Source: Candidatus Bathyarchaeia archaeon
GTDB lineage: Archaea > Thermoproteota > Bathyarchaeia > 40CM-2-53-6
Reading direction: 5' to 3'
DNA length: 64,000 nucleotides
Assembly (NCBI GenBank): GCA_050013255.1
Contig: JBEKFP010000002.1
Span: 672,001 to 736,000 of the forward strand
In this document: positions 49,001-58,484 of the stretch, in pieces
Layout: each line of letters begins with the position of its first letter
Numbering within the stretch: the first letter of the stretch is position 1
Program-made: the position numbers and the translations under genes
Notes under the pieces: generated by a model
What the model was told of the DNA's origin: nothing
The model's database searches: none
The model's input: only the letters and a program-made list of their open reading frames with translations

Positions 49001-49724
49001 GGTGCGCTTTGAGGTATACGACCAGTTTGGAGATTTCGTTGCGGCAAATGCGACTTATGTTCTCAACAACTCCACGATCGTGCATTTCACCCTGGCGGGC
49101 TTCGATAGGTACTTCGGGGATCCACGTTTTGTTTGGTCAGGTTTCTATGATACTACCGACGGCGCCAGTCAAAGCCCAGGAGGCTTAGTCTTGTATCCGT
49201 GGAGTGACCTGCCCCGCGAGTACACTATCAGGATATGGGTCGAAGGGTATTATCAGGAAAACCAGTTGCAAGTACTCGTGCCGACGAGGGGGAGAGGGAG
49301 TGTTTCGGTTGTGGAGCTCCTTGATCGTGCGACTAGAATAGCTGGGAATATTGCAGGCCCAGACTTTTTCGAATTCGCAAGGCCTCTCTCCTGGGCAACC
49401 ATAACCCTAGAACCGAACGATTACACGTTGACCAGCATCATTGATGTTACACCAGGAAATTACACGACGTACAGTCTTGATGGCTCATTCCAATTGTGGG
49501 TGCCCGAAGGCAGCTACGGAATGGGAGTATCACTTGCAGGTTACTCTTCGTACTCGGCTCAAATTCAAGTTGCTCCAGGCTCAGACATCAACATGCAGAT
49601 TTGGCTGGACAACTACCAGCCAACGCTAGTTACAAACGCATTTGCGTTCCAAGGCGACACTCTGATGGTACAGGTAGCCGGAAATATGAGGTATCAAGAC
49701 GACAGGCTATTGTTTACGATCTGA
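46047..49724 (+). CDS. Large secreted cell-surface (S-layer-like) protein with Ig/carboxypeptidase-regulatory-like domains
   Basis: Signal peptide MRLTLLVLLALL; S/T/G-rich beta sequence; GSYTLFGVAPGTYNITA.A.GY; many NxS/T sequons. Confidence 0.85.
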   Translation: MRLTLLVLLALLLVSEAPNSAFSNNVNNVTVSPGKYDLTLGAGFPGFGPVKLSYPNSSILTNSVGDLLFTVTLNPLMLNSSSGQVWSLALPTPEVQVWSSGFSPSDTSCTLSGTPVGQPPDFPAPTCSISGGILTGSFDVGNALAGAHTITGIGSPTDDFSSSTFTVLPPSLVLNPSSGPVSAVQYVGVSGFGFYSTDATCTLTGEPVSAYTCAIVGGILTGTFSVAGPTGTYTVTATTDGADSGEAVASFTVTTGSQQVFTILPHSGSGHVGDFVSVSGSGFLPADSTCTLSGRIVTAVTPCTIAGGIPTVSFTVGNVAPGIYTITVIGTQKGDLATANFQVLPLLAPTVPYSATVLLDIYVPPDFAGLTLSNVWTSFTNNYDSHFISVSRLSGSDQIGPNWWKITISNITVTHSPRSYLPPLVEREIFIVNQTQYVRLFQVTSPSIAGRYFFKVFMNGLSIGEGNFPTIVVKGSRDPAYISGVLRDSGQHNASLIGQPIQLLNDTGAQVVANGIDYLGRRVSAQTFINATANGSYTLFGVAPGTYNITAIAAGYIPTTLLRTVSVGPAQSLEGVDIYMTQSVRITGTVLSKSAEISPIPWGTLFGVSSFGGSRETNRSISVKVLNLDGSVAASIPAPFGFGLQTDSHSTTFPFEIFYQVGFDGRIPQDYANYTSGLTSGDYLLYAYVTSYVQLDEVRVHVDNETTQTFSMIPLIRTGAFIVTVHFRNENGTLGPDSIPVDATLTVSAYDARGTLRAQNVTFVTAGATEATVELQGFSNARSFGVASLFSQNYGLLPGTYQIVARVSSAPTVAGNANFGIKQFYYQTANFEATIGLGEGFVSISFPVYIAGGILLKIYSIDDQSPSVDTPWNYPGKTINVMIIESNGAVYQANTTQPAGSTVAAFIYTGLLTDSYSIFVQTLGYTQSEIIHLNVVLGGTSDVAVWMIANPVIDLDLAFRHEAILSNITSTLPFAQPINHIDATPVRFEVYDQFGDFVAANATYVLNNSTIVHFTLAGFDRYFGDPRFVWSGFYDTTDGASQSPGGLVLYPWSDLPREYTIRIWVEGYYQENQLQVLVPTRGRGSVSVVELLDRATRIAGNIAGPDFFEFARPLSWATITLEPNDYTLTSIIDVTPGNYTTYSLDGSFQLWVPEGSYGMGVSLAGYSSYSAQIQVAPGSDINMQIWLDNYQPTLVTNAFAFQGDTLMVQVAGNMRYQDDRLLFTI
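46323..47078 (+). repeat. Three ~85-aa Ig-like protein repeats, each with a Cys pair
   Basis: V..SGF...D.TCTL.G..V...C.I.GGI.T..F.V....G.yTiT repeated three times; boundaries approximate. Confidence 0.75.
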
Positions 49725-49869
49725 ATTGGACTCTGAAAATCATGAGTTTTCTTGTTCATTCTCCTAGAATTGGGCAAGCCGGTAAAGGAACCTATCGAAC
49801 CCGATGACTTCCGGAGAATTGCCCCTGAGCACCATAGCCGGATACAGGTAGAATAGGTGACCTGTTCGG

Positions 49870-51510
49870 ATGGCTCGGCAACTGCGACTTTTGCTCTCGG
49901 TTTTCGTTTCAGGCGCTGTAGTAATGGCTCTTGAGCTGCTGGGAAGTAGATTACTCGCCCCGGTTTTCGGTAGTTCAATTTTCGTCTGGGGGAGCCTGAT
50001 CGGTGTCGTTCTTGCGGCTCTGAGCACTGGATACTACTTGGGCGGAAAGATTGCCGACCTGAGACCGGATTTCCAAGTCCTTTCAATCGTGATTTTTCTG
50101 GCAGGTCTTTTCGTCATTGGCTTGCCAGCGCTCGCGCCACCTCTCTTCGACTGGGTCGTCAAGCTGAGTATTGGAGATAGGTATTCGCCGCTTCTAGCCA
50201 CGGTAGCTCTGCTTGGGCTCCCAAGCGTTTTGTTGGGCATGGTTTCTCCTTTTGCGATTCGCCTCGCAGCAAAGAGCTTCGAGAAATTGGGAAAGCTATC
50301 TGGAAATCTCTACGCGCTCTCGACGCTTGGTAGTATAGTGGGAACGTTCCTCACCGTCTTCGTATTAATCCCAGAATTTGGCGTGAACAAAATCATACTC
50401 AGCCTAGGGGTTACCTTGTTGGTTGTTGCGTTCTTCGGGCTTGGTTTTCGATTGAAAGTCTTTGTGCTCCTTCTGCTCTTGGTCCTACCTCTTGCGGCGC
50501 CTTACATGGTTAGCCGCAGATTAACGGTCGCTGCCTATACCTTGGCGCTTGGCGACACAATCTACGAAACTGATACGCCCTACCATCACTTGATTGTAGC
50601 CGACGCTTTCGACCCCGTGCACCAATCAACCGTCCGCTACCTGATCCTTGATGACAACTTGCATAGCGCCATGGACTTGAATAATCCTAACCGCACAGTC
50701 TTCGAATACACGGATTACTTCAACCTCGGTTTTCTGCTTAGTTCGAATATCGCTCGTGTATTGTTCATCGGGGGCGGTGGCTTTACCGGCCCTAAAGCGT
50801 TTCTTAACGATTATCCAAAGGTTACAGTCTATGTAGCCGAAATCGACCCAGAGGTTATCCGAGTCGCTGAGGAATATTTCGCCGTGAACGCCAGCAACCC
50901 TAGACTACATATTTACAATGAAGATGGCCGCATCCTCCTCCAAGAGAACTCCCAGAAATATGACTTAATGGTCTTGGATGCGTACTCGAAAAGTTACGTA
51001 CCTTTTCACTTGATGACTACTGAGTTCTTCAAGGAAGCGGCCTCTCACCTGACCAGCGGGGGAAGCGTCATTTCCAACCTCATCGCCGCGACTTCCGGAG
51101 ACCAAGCACAGCTGCTTAGGGCAGAGGTCAGAACTATGAACACAGTTTTCCCCAATGTCTACGTTTTCCCCGTTAGAGGGGCTGATTACCAAGACCCACA
51201 GAACGTCATAATACTTGGAACATTGCTCCCCAGCCACTTAACTAAAGTCGACTTCACAAATCTAGCAGCAAACACGACAACGCCCAAAATACCCGCTAAC
51301 TACGCCGAGAACTACTTCACCCTAGACACCAGTAAAGCTCCCGTTCTTACCGATGACTACGCACCAGTTGAGAACATGCTCAACCCACTAACAGGGCAAA
51401 CCCTCACGAGCCAGTCAACAATTAACTGGAGCGAGGTGGAAACCTTAACCGCGGCTCTCTTGGTTATCGCAGTAATCTTCTTGGTTCTCGTTAAGAAAAA
51501 AGTCTTCTAG
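49870..51510 (+). CDS. Fused MFS-like membrane domain/spermidine synthase-like methyltransferase
   Basis: SGAVVMALELLGSRLLAP, LFIGGGG, EIDPEV, DGR, LDAY, LTDDYAPVE. Confidence 0.92.
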   Translation: MARQLRLLLSVFVSGAVVMALELLGSRLLAPVFGSSIFVWGSLIGVVLAALSTGYYLGGKIADLRPDFQVLSIVIFLAGLFVIGLPALAPPLFDWVVKLSIGDRYSPLLATVALLGLPSVLLGMVSPFAIRLAAKSFEKLGKLSGNLYALSTLGSIVGTFLTVFVLIPEFGVNKIILSLGVTLLVVAFFGLGFRLKVFVLLLLLVLPLAAPYMVSRRLTVAAYTLALGDTIYETDTPYHHLIVADAFDPVHQSTVRYLILDDNLHSAMDLNNPNRTVFEYTDYFNLGFLLSSNIARVLFIGGGGFTGPKAFLNDYPKVTVYVAEIDPEVIRVAEEYFAVNASNPRLHIYNEDGRILLQENSQKYDLMVLDAYSKSYVPFHLMTTEFFKEAASHLTSGGSVISNLIAATSGDQAQLLRAEVRTMNTVFPNVYVFPVRGADYQDPQNVIILGTLLPSHLTKVDFTNLAANTTTPKIPANYAENYFTLDTSKAPVLTDDYAPVENMLNPLTGQTLTSQSTINWSEVETLTAALLVIAVIFLVLVKKKVF

Positions 51511-51546
51511 CGATGGCGTTCAACGCTGCCTGCGGTTGGTTAGTGC

Positions 51547-53919
51547 TCATTTCTGCATTATGTTTCTGACAAGTCGGTCATAAGTTCGTAGTCTCTCAAG
51601 CCCCGCTTTGATTCCTACGTCCGCTTCAGGCATACTGTGCGTCTCAAAGAAGCTCTCAACTTCCTGAATTCTGCCGACCCCTAAAATTGGTATTATCGTA
51701 AGGAATACTCCCGAAAGGGCACCTGTATTGGCGTACATCTCCCGAATCTTCTCTATTTTAGATTGCAGCCAGTTCCAGGTGATACGTGCAGTATGTGGTT
51801 TCTCAGTTGCGGCGAGAATTACTCCAATGACGTCCTGCCTTTTGACCTCCCCACTTAGGGCGAATTCCAATGTCTTTTGGAGTAATCCCTGGTCGGTGAA
51901 GGAAGTCATCGCGCTAAGAAACCTGACCTTGTCCTCGTCGGAGTTGCTTTGTCTATAGGCCTTTACGAGGCCATCGAAGTCGTTTGTCGACCTAGCGTAA
52001 GCTAATGCTACAGCTTGCTTCATGTCAGGTAGTGCCTTATTGTAATCGGTGAAATCCTTACCTAACTTGGAGGCATAGCCTTCATCGACTAATGCCAGTC
52101 GGCAGGCCATTTTGCCTCGAGCGACCAAGCTAACCTTATCGTTCTTGCCTTCCAGTAACTCCAACTGGACCCGATGAAATGCCCTTGAGATTTCCATGAT
52201 TTCAGAAGGAACCAGAGCGTATAGGAACCCGAGCTGGTCCGACACTTCCCCAGCGGGAAGTGTTTCGCGCTCCCTACTGAAACGCTCTATTACTTTCAGA
52301 TACTCATTGAAAGTCAACTTTCCGGAAATGAGAAACAAGTATGAATCGAATACGATGCCCCATTTATCAAATGGCGAAAGCTTGCTCGTCCAAACAAGGT
52401 CGTCAAGGCCCAGATAGTGAACCAGGTAGAAACCGGTGCGGTCAGGGTTTATTCTTAGGGACTTGAGGGGTTTGGTGTCAATTATTTTCTCCGCACCTTC
52501 CATTAGAGTACTTCGTGTCTCTCCATTTACTTCAAGCACCAATGGCAACGGCCAAATCGCGTTTTCGGAACCCTCCGAGATGAGAAAACGTTCCTGCGTC
52601 AAGCTGAGCTTCCCGTCACGATATGAAGCGGTCACAACAGGATAACCAGGTTGTTTTACCCAACGAGACATTATCTGCTTCACTGGCTTCCCGGAAGTAT
52701 CCTCAAGAGCAGACCAGAGATCGTCTCCGGTAGCGTTGGAGTAGGCGTGAGCGGAGAGGTAACGGCTTATCCCTTGCCTGAATGCTTCTTCTCCAATGTA
52801 CGCCTCGAGCATCTGAAGAACGTGCGCACCTTTTCCATAGCTAATCGCGTCGAAAATTTGTTCGATTTCATCGGGAGAACTTACCGGAACTTGGATGGGG
52901 TGAGTGTTCATCAAACAGTCTCTAGCCAGAGCTCCAGCGAGCGTTTCAACTTTTGGCTCTCCGTTGAAGAAGTTATCCCAGATCTTCCAGTCTGGATGAA
53001 TCGAGTTCAGCGCCTTATACGCCATAAATGTTGCAAAACTTTCGTTAAGCCAGATATCATCCCACCACTTCATTGTTACTAGGTCTCCAAACCACTGATG
53101 AGCTAGCTCGTGAGCCACTCCCATCGAAACTCGCATCTTTGTCTTTATGCTCGTTTTTGCATCAACCAACAACATGACCTCACGAAAGGTAATCGCTCCC
53201 CAATTTTCCATAGCCCCCATCGCGAACTCAGGAACGCCGATCAAGTGGACCTTAGGAAGCGAATAGGGCAAGCTATAGTAGGAATTGAAGAATTGAATTG
53301 CACTACGGGCTTCGTCTTGCGCGAATTTTCCAAGCTTCGCCTTTCCTGGAACGGTTGCTAGGATTATGTCGGTCGTGCCAAGTTTCACAGTTTGCGTTTC
53401 GAACTTGCCAACTCCAAGGTAGAGAAGATAGGTCGACATTCGCGGCGTCTTCTCAAAAGTGACAAGTTTCTTCTCGCCATCGTTGTCCACAGACTGGACG
53501 GGCATGTTCGAGATCGCGTCCAAGTCTCTGCTTATTCTTACGGCGAGTTTGAACTCGGCCTTAACGTCGGGCCGATCGATGCAAGGGAACATTCGCCTCG
53601 CTTGAGCCGCTTCAAAATGCGTGGTTATGATGTGTGTATGGTCGTAGGGAGCCCTGTAAATCCCCGCCAACGAATCAGGAATAGAGCCTGTATAATCTAC
53701 CTGCAATGTCCCGTCAAATGGTCCTGTCTCGACAATCAGGTCCTCTCCTTTCTGCCTGAAGGAAAAACTGCGCTTCCCTGAACTCACATTCGATATGCCT
53801 AGACCAACCGAGTTCAGAACCACATCTTGCTCTGCGTTCAGCTTGATAAGCAGTCGTCCTTTGAATTTCAATCCCTCAAAATCAATGTCGAGCAGCAGAT
53901 TATAATCTGCAACTTGCAC
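51547..53919 (-). CDS. M1 aminopeptidase (tricorn-interacting factor F2/F3-like)
   Basis: GAMENWG, HELAHQWFG, WLNESFA, YGKG. Confidence 0.96.
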   Translation of the reverse strand: MQVADYNLLLDIDFEGLKFKGRLLIKLNAEQDVVLNSVGLGISNVSSGKRSFSFRQKGEDLIVETGPFDGTLQVDYTGSIPDSLAGIYRAPYDHTHIITTHFEAAQARRMFPCIDRPDVKAEFKLAVRISRDLDAISNMPVQSVDNDGEKKLVTFEKTPRMSTYLLYLGVGKFETQTVKLGTTDIILATVPGKAKLGKFAQDEARSAIQFFNSYYSLPYSLPKVHLIGVPEFAMGAMENWGAITFREVMLLVDAKTSIKTKMRVSMGVAHELAHQWFGDLVTMKWWDDIWLNESFATFMAYKALNSIHPDWKIWDNFFNGEPKVETLAGALARDCLMNTHPIQVPVSSPDEIEQIFDAISYGKGAHVLQMLEAYIGEEAFRQGISRYLSAHAYSNATGDDLWSALEDTSGKPVKQIMSRWVKQPGYPVVTASYRDGKLSLTQERFLISEGSENAIWPLPLVLEVNGETRSTLMEGAEKIIDTKPLKSLRINPDRTGFYLVHYLGLDDLVWTSKLSPFDKWGIVFDSYLFLISGKLTFNEYLKVIERFSRERETLPAGEVSDQLGFLYALVPSEIMEISRAFHRVQLELLEGKNDKVSLVARGKMACRLALVDEGYASKLGKDFTDYNKALPDMKQAVALAYARSTNDFDGLVKAYRQSNSDEDKVRFLSAMTSFTDQGLLQKTLEFALSGEVKRQDVIGVILAATEKPHTARITWNWLQSKIEKIREMYANTGALSGVFLTIIPILGVGRIQEVESFFETHSMPEADVGIKAGLERLRTYDRLVRNIMQK

Positions 53920-54136
53920 GAAAACACACCTTGCTAGCTGGGGAAACGCGTCAGACCTAAGTAACTTTTCCGGACCTCGTTCACTCCGACGAAACTGCCA
54001 GGATGGGATAGGATCGAGCGAGCATTGTTTCGGTTCCTAGATGAATACGGTTGCCCTGACGTCCTCCTTTGCTTGCAATCTGAACAGCTGGCTTAACTTA
54101 TGCGCAGGGGAAAGAGCCGCGAGTCACATTCATTCG

Positions 54137-54874
54137 TTAGAGTGCTGAGAGAGTGATATAGACTCCAACCGTAAGTAGAACGAGGCCGATCGTCCGCTTC
54201 ACATTCACTTGGCTTAGCCGCTTGGACCCGAAGTGGCTCCCAAGTTGAGCTGCTACAATCAAAACGGGGATGCTCAAACCGAAGACTGGAGTGGTCATAA
54301 TCATACCGCTTAAACGAGGGATTCTAGCCACTATCCCCGAAACTGAGTTTAGTAGAATGAACACCGTTGTGGTCGCGGCTGTTGTCTTAGGCTTGGCAAT
54401 TCCAGCCAGAATCAATACCGGAGCCAGATAGACGCCACCCCCGATTCCGGTGAACCCGGCAACACCCCCGATGACGAGGCCAATCAAGACTTTGAATGGC
54501 CAACTAAGACGTACATGACCCAAAGGGAATGTGATAATGACTAGACTCACACCGCCGACAGAAATGGCCACACCCATGAATATTTTCAGTAGGTTATCAG
54601 GCAAAATGAATAAGCCTGCGTAGAAAGCGGCTGGAACCGAACCGACAATGAACCACACGAACCCCTTTGAGAAATGCGTTCGCCATCGAAATATGGAACT
54701 AGAGGCGGATACTACGTTGAATAGCAGGCCGCCTACCACAGCTTGACCGGCAGACAAACCTACCAGAAGTAGAAGCGCGGTAAACGTTGAACCGCCAGCA
54801 AATCCCGCCATCGTGTAAAAGAAACTGGCCAACCCAAGCAAAAGCACGGTGACTACGGTACTGAGAACATCCAT
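54137..54874 (-). CDS. TauE/SafE sulfite exporter family protein
   Basis: GFAGG, G.TGIGGGVYLAP, NSVSG. Confidence 0.9.
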   Translation of the reverse strand: MDVLSTVVTVLLLGLASFFYTMAGFAGGSTFTALLLLVGLSAGQAVVGGLLFNVVSASSSIFRWRTHFSKGFVWFIVGSVPAAFYAGLFILPDNLLKIFMGVAISVGGVSLVIITFPLGHVRLSWPFKVLIGLVIGGVAGFTGIGGGVYLAPVLILAGIAKPKTTAATTTVFILLNSVSGIVARIPRLSGMIMTTPVFGLSIPVLIVAAQLGSHFGSKRLSQVNVKRTIGLVLLTVGVYITLSAL

Positions 54875-54968
54875 GTGAGATCAATTCACGATGGGTTTAA
54901 TGAGACAACTGATTTTGCAATACCACTTACTGGACATAAAGGAAATCGCTGGTTGGAGTGTGCGGTCT

Positions 54969-55439
54969 TCATTTATCAGCAATTTTGGCCGAACTGATCT
55001 TCACTGCTTCGAGAGGCCGATCATGATTGTCTGTTCGAACTTTACCTATTCGTTGCATGACATCCATGCCCTCGGTGACTTTTCCGAAGATAGTGTGTTT
55101 TCCGTCGAGCCATGGTGTGGGGGCGAGTGTGATGAAGAATTGTGAGCCGCCGGTGTTTGGGCCAGCGTTTGCCATGGATAGAATCCCTGGCGTGCTATGT
55201 TTCAAACTTGCAACAAACTCGTCTTTGATGGCATATCCCGGACCTCCGGTTCCATCTCCAATTGGACAACCACCTTGAATCATGAAGCCGGCAATTACAC
55301 GGTGGAAAATCAAGCCATCATAGAAGCCACTTCCGCAAAGTTTCATAAAATTCTGAACAGTGATGGGCGCTTCGTTAGCGAACAACTCTAACTTAATCAC
55401 GCCCATGCTCGTGTCAAGGACCGCGGTGGGGTTTGTCAG
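54969..55439 (-). CDS. Cyclophilin-type peptidyl-prolyl isomerase
   Basis: [40 protein letters not shown]; fold extends upstream of ATG 55406 to CTG 55439. Confidence 0.95.
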   Translation of the reverse strand: MTNPTAVLDTSMGVIKLELFANEAPITVQNFMKLCGSGFYDGLIFHRVIAGFMIQGGCPIGDGTGGPGYAIKDEFVASLKHSTPGILSMANAGPNTGGSQFFITLAPTPWLDGKHTIFGKVTEGMDVMQRIGKVRTDNHDRPLEAVKISSAKIADK

Positions 55440-55589
55440 GTCAAATCACGCCTGCCCTCCCTGTGGATGCGATTGTGTATAAGGAGAAATGCCGTATTTT
55501 TACTTCTGTTCGTAAACCTTATGGAGATGCGTATAATAATAAAGTCCAAGTTCTGAGAGTAATGTGCTTATGAAAACCCCCATGAGCGA

Positions 55590-56354
55590 ATGAGAATGGT
55601 TTACAAAATCCAACGATATGGATGGGTTTCCGACACTCCTGACAAAAGAGACCTACTCTACACAGCCCTACCCGAAATTGTAGTCCTCCCCGTAAGCGCC
55701 GACCTGCGACTGCAGTGTCCAACAATTTACGACCAGGGACAACTTGGAAGCTGCACAGCCAACGCCATCACCGCAGCAGTGGAATTCGACCTAATGAAGG
55801 AACAGAAACACATCTTCATGCCTTCACGATTATTCCTGTACTACAACGAGCGAGCTATCGAAGGAACCGTAAGCTCAGACTCCGGCGCCCAGATTCGAGA
55901 TGGCATCAAAAGCGTCTCCCACCAAGGCGACTGCCCAGAAACCCTTTGGCCCTATGACATATCAAAATTCTCAGCTAAGCCACCGCCGCAATGCTACACG
56001 CAAGCTAGAAAGTATCAGGCGGTACAATACCAGAGACTAACACAAACCTCAGATTTGCTAAAGGGGTGTTTAGCTTCAGGTTACCCCTTTGTGTTCGGTT
56101 TCAAAGTGTATGAGAGCTTCGAAAGCCAGCTAGTGGCCCAGACTGGCCACGCTTCCTTGCCCGCATCAGGTGATCAGCTGATTGGAGGCCACGCAGTGAT
56201 GGCAGTTGGCTATGATGATTCCCAGCAGTGGTTCACCGTGAGAAACTCTTGGGGAGAAGGCTGGGGAATGAAAGGCTACTTCACGCTACCCTACCAGTAC
56301 CTGTTAGACCGCAACCAATCCAGCGACTTCTGGACAATCCGAGTAGTAACCTAA
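55590..56354 (+). CDS. C1A (papain-family) cysteine peptidase, no signal peptide
   Basis: DQGQLGSCT, SRLFLYYN, GGHAV, RNSWG. Confidence 0.95.
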   Translation: MRMVYKIQRYGWVSDTPDKRDLLYTALPEIVVLPVSADLRLQCPTIYDQGQLGSCTANAITAAVEFDLMKEQKHIFMPSRLFLYYNERAIEGTVSSDSGAQIRDGIKSVSHQGDCPETLWPYDISKFSAKPPPQCYTQARKYQAVQYQRLTQTSDLLKGCLASGYPFVFGFKVYESFESQLVAQTGHASLPASGDQLIGGHAVMAVGYDDSQQWFTVRNSWGEGWGMKGYFTLPYQYLLDRNQSSDFWTIRVVT

Positions 56355-56366
56355 CCGGCACATTCG

Positions 56367-56561
56367 TTAAGCATGGTGAAGGCAGGTTGCGCAAAAAATC
56401 TCGAATCGGACGCTAACGAGGGGACGAGTCCAGTTGCCGAATACTGATCTTCTCCCTGTTCTCGGGGAGAATTTTCCATTGATGTGCAGTATGCGTAGGG
56501 CGTTTTCGTACCTGCGCTCGATGATTTGGATGTCGTCACTTTCGATTCCGGTCTCGGTCAT
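56367..56561 (-). CDS. Hypothetical small protein
   Basis: ATG ORF with upstream TTTAAA box; no motif. Confidence 0.3.
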   Translation of the reverse strand: MTETGIESDDIQIIERRYENALRILHINGKFSPRTGRRSVFGNWTRPLVSVRFEIFCATCLHHA

Positions 56562-56630
56562 GGTTCAGGTTCCTTAAGGCGCTTTAAAGCGGGCGGACCT
56601 GGTTTTCGTAATTGCTCCGGACTGAGAATT

Positions 56631-56747
56631 TGGAGCCTCGGGCGGGGTTCGAACCCGCGACCTGCCGCTTTCTTGAGGCCAGGTTTACAAGGCGGCTGCT
56701 CCCCAGTGCCCGAAATATGGGCATCTACCAGGCTGAGCCACCGAGGC
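56631..56747 (-). tRNA. tRNA-Thr(TGT) with two introns: D-arm ~22/23 (56701-56724) and 37/38 (56670-56685)
   Basis: GCCTCGG/CCGAGGC+TCCA; GCCGC-CTTGTAA-GCGGC; CTTG/CAAG central helix; D-arm intron hairpin TGCCC/GGGCA. Confidence 0.92.
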
Positions 56748-56798
56748 GCCGGCCGACTATCGTCGAACGTGCTTAAAATTCTCGCGAAGAATAACTTG

Positions 56799-58034
56799 TT
56801 ACTTGTTGTGGCGCTTGGCTGCGTCCACTAGCGCCTCGATGGCGGGGAGCTCTTCTCCGGCCAATAGAGAGAGCATTGCTCCCCCAGCTGTACTGACATG
56901 CGATAGCTTATCCGAAATGCCGAGTATACCCGCGTAACCTGAAAGATGCCCCCCGCCTATCACGGTGAAGGCATCAGAGTTGCCCATTGATTCTAGCACG
57001 GCCTTGGTTCCAGTTTCAAAGCCGTCTTCCTCGAAGACGCCCATCGGCCCGGCGGCCACTACAGTTCGTGATTTACTAATTATTTCTGAGAATCTTTCAG
57101 CCGTTTTCGTCCCTATATCAAGTGCTCTCCCGGCGCGTCGCAACCTCGTGACTGGTGTGTTAGCACGTTTACCGTCAATGATGGTTCCGAAATCGCTAGG
57201 GAGAACGATGCGTTTTCGAAATTTCGAAATAATTCGGTTCGCTTTCAAAACCTCATCAGTAACATTTCCCAATTCCTCTTCGTCGAACTGGCCAAACTTC
57301 CGATCAACAGCCTTTAGGAATACCTTCGCAACGTTTCCTCCCACAAGAACATGATCAGCTTTTCCGCTCGAAAGGATGTTCTCGATGACGGGTACTTTGT
57401 CCTCAACTTTTGCCCCACCAAGAATGTAGGTGCTGGGCCGGTCAGGCTCAACGAGTAACCGCTTGAGCGCCACAAGCTCTTTCTCCATCAGTTTCCCGGC
57501 AGCGGAAGGAAGTAGGAATGGGAAGCCTACGAGTGATGCCTGCGACCTGTGAGCGGCTGCGAAAGCGTCATTCACGTATAAATCAAAGAGAGGGGCCAAC
57601 CTCGATACGAGGTTTGTTCTAGCAAGCTTCTCGCCACTAGCTTCCAAGATTTCCTCGGCGCAGAACCGAACATTATCTAACACCAAAACCTCTCCGCTTC
57701 TAACCTCTCTTATTGCCTGGCGGGCGGCAGGCCCCATAACATCCTCAACGAACCGAACTGATTGCGAACAGTTCTTTTGCAGGAGTTTCGCGTGTTGCTG
57801 AAGTGACGTGAAATCATCCCTCCCCGGGCGGCTTTGGTGTGAAAGAACTGTCACCTTGGCCGCTGCTAACGCGTCAAGTGTGGGCGTGGCGGCTATGATC
57901 CGGCCTTCGTCTAGGATATTCTTGGTGTTGGGATCTAAAGGCACGTTGATGTCTAACCTTAACAGTACGTGCTTGTCTCGCAGCTCGAAGTCGTCGAGGG
58001 TTAGGTAGTCGAACTCCATGCGCGCTGCGTCCAA
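56799..58034 (-). CDS. pgk: Phosphoglycerate kinase (archaeal type)
   Basis: RLDINVP, SHQSRPG, NDAFAAAHRS, LGGAK, GPMGVFE, STAGGA. Confidence 0.97.
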   Translation of the reverse strand: MDAARMEFDYLTLDDFELRDKHVLLRLDINVPLDPNTKNILDEGRIIAATPTLDALAAAKVTVLSHQSRPGRDDFTSLQQHAKLLQKNCSQSVRFVEDVMGPAARQAIREVRSGEVLVLDNVRFCAEEILEASGEKLARTNLVSRLAPLFDLYVNDAFAAAHRSQASLVGFPFLLPSAAGKLMEKELVALKRLLVEPDRPSTYILGGAKVEDKVPVIENILSSGKADHVLVGGNVAKVFLKAVDRKFGQFDEEELGNVTDEVLKANRIISKFRKRIVLPSDFGTIIDGKRANTPVTRLRRAGRALDIGTKTAERFSEIISKSRTVVAAGPMGVFEEDGFETGTKAVLESMGNSDAFTVIGGGHLSGYAGILGISDKLSHVSTAGGAMLSLLAGEELPAIEALVDAAKRHNK

Positions 58035-58136
58035 CCTACGAACTCAAACAGGTTGCCTATTCATTTAACGTCTTGTAAGGCGCGGAAGATATGGATAGAG
58101 AACGTTTTTACATCAATCGATTGGTTTCTGCTCTGG

Positions 58137-58247
58137 GCCGGGGTGGCTCAGACTGGTAGAGCGCCAGCCAGGCTAAAGGGACGAAACTCATAATCTGGAA
58201 AGCATTGGGCCCAGAAGCCGCGGGTTCGAATCCCGCTCCCGGCACCA
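58137..58247 (+). tRNA. tRNA-Met(CAT), probably elongator, with introns at 30/31 (58168-58185) and 45/46 (58201-58216)
   Basis: GCCGGGG/TCCCGGC+ACCA; CCAGA-CTCATAA-TCTGG after splicing; CTGG/CCAG central helix for intron 2; G1-C72 argues against initiator. Confidence 0.9.
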
Positions 58248-58279
58248 CTCACACTGGTTCGCATAGTCAAACAGCACTC

Positions 58280-58321
58280 TTGGCACCGTTTGGCACCACC
58301 CCTCAATGGGTGGATCCACCC
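58280..58321. repeat. Dispersed ~42-bp repeat, copy 2
   Basis: TTGGCACCGTTTGGCACCACCC-ctcaatg-GGTGGATCCACCC, about 32 bp after tRNA-Met. Confidence 0.75.
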
Positions 58322-58484
58322 GCTTGCCCACGGGCTCTGGAAGCAAGGATTCGACAGGCCTTCGATTTCTTACTAGGTTATGCCAAAACACTTGTTCGCT
58401 TCAAGTAGGAGACGACTTCTTCGGCCAATGGAATCCTAACAATATTGTCAATGCTGGCCTTTCAAACCCAATTGGGGGCAAAGG

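Noticed and set aside
20415-58321. 38-kb integrated element bounded by the two repeat copies
   Set aside because: No integrase, no duplicated tRNA 3' end at 20415, and the interval holds core genes (pgk, ino1, cox, tRNAs)
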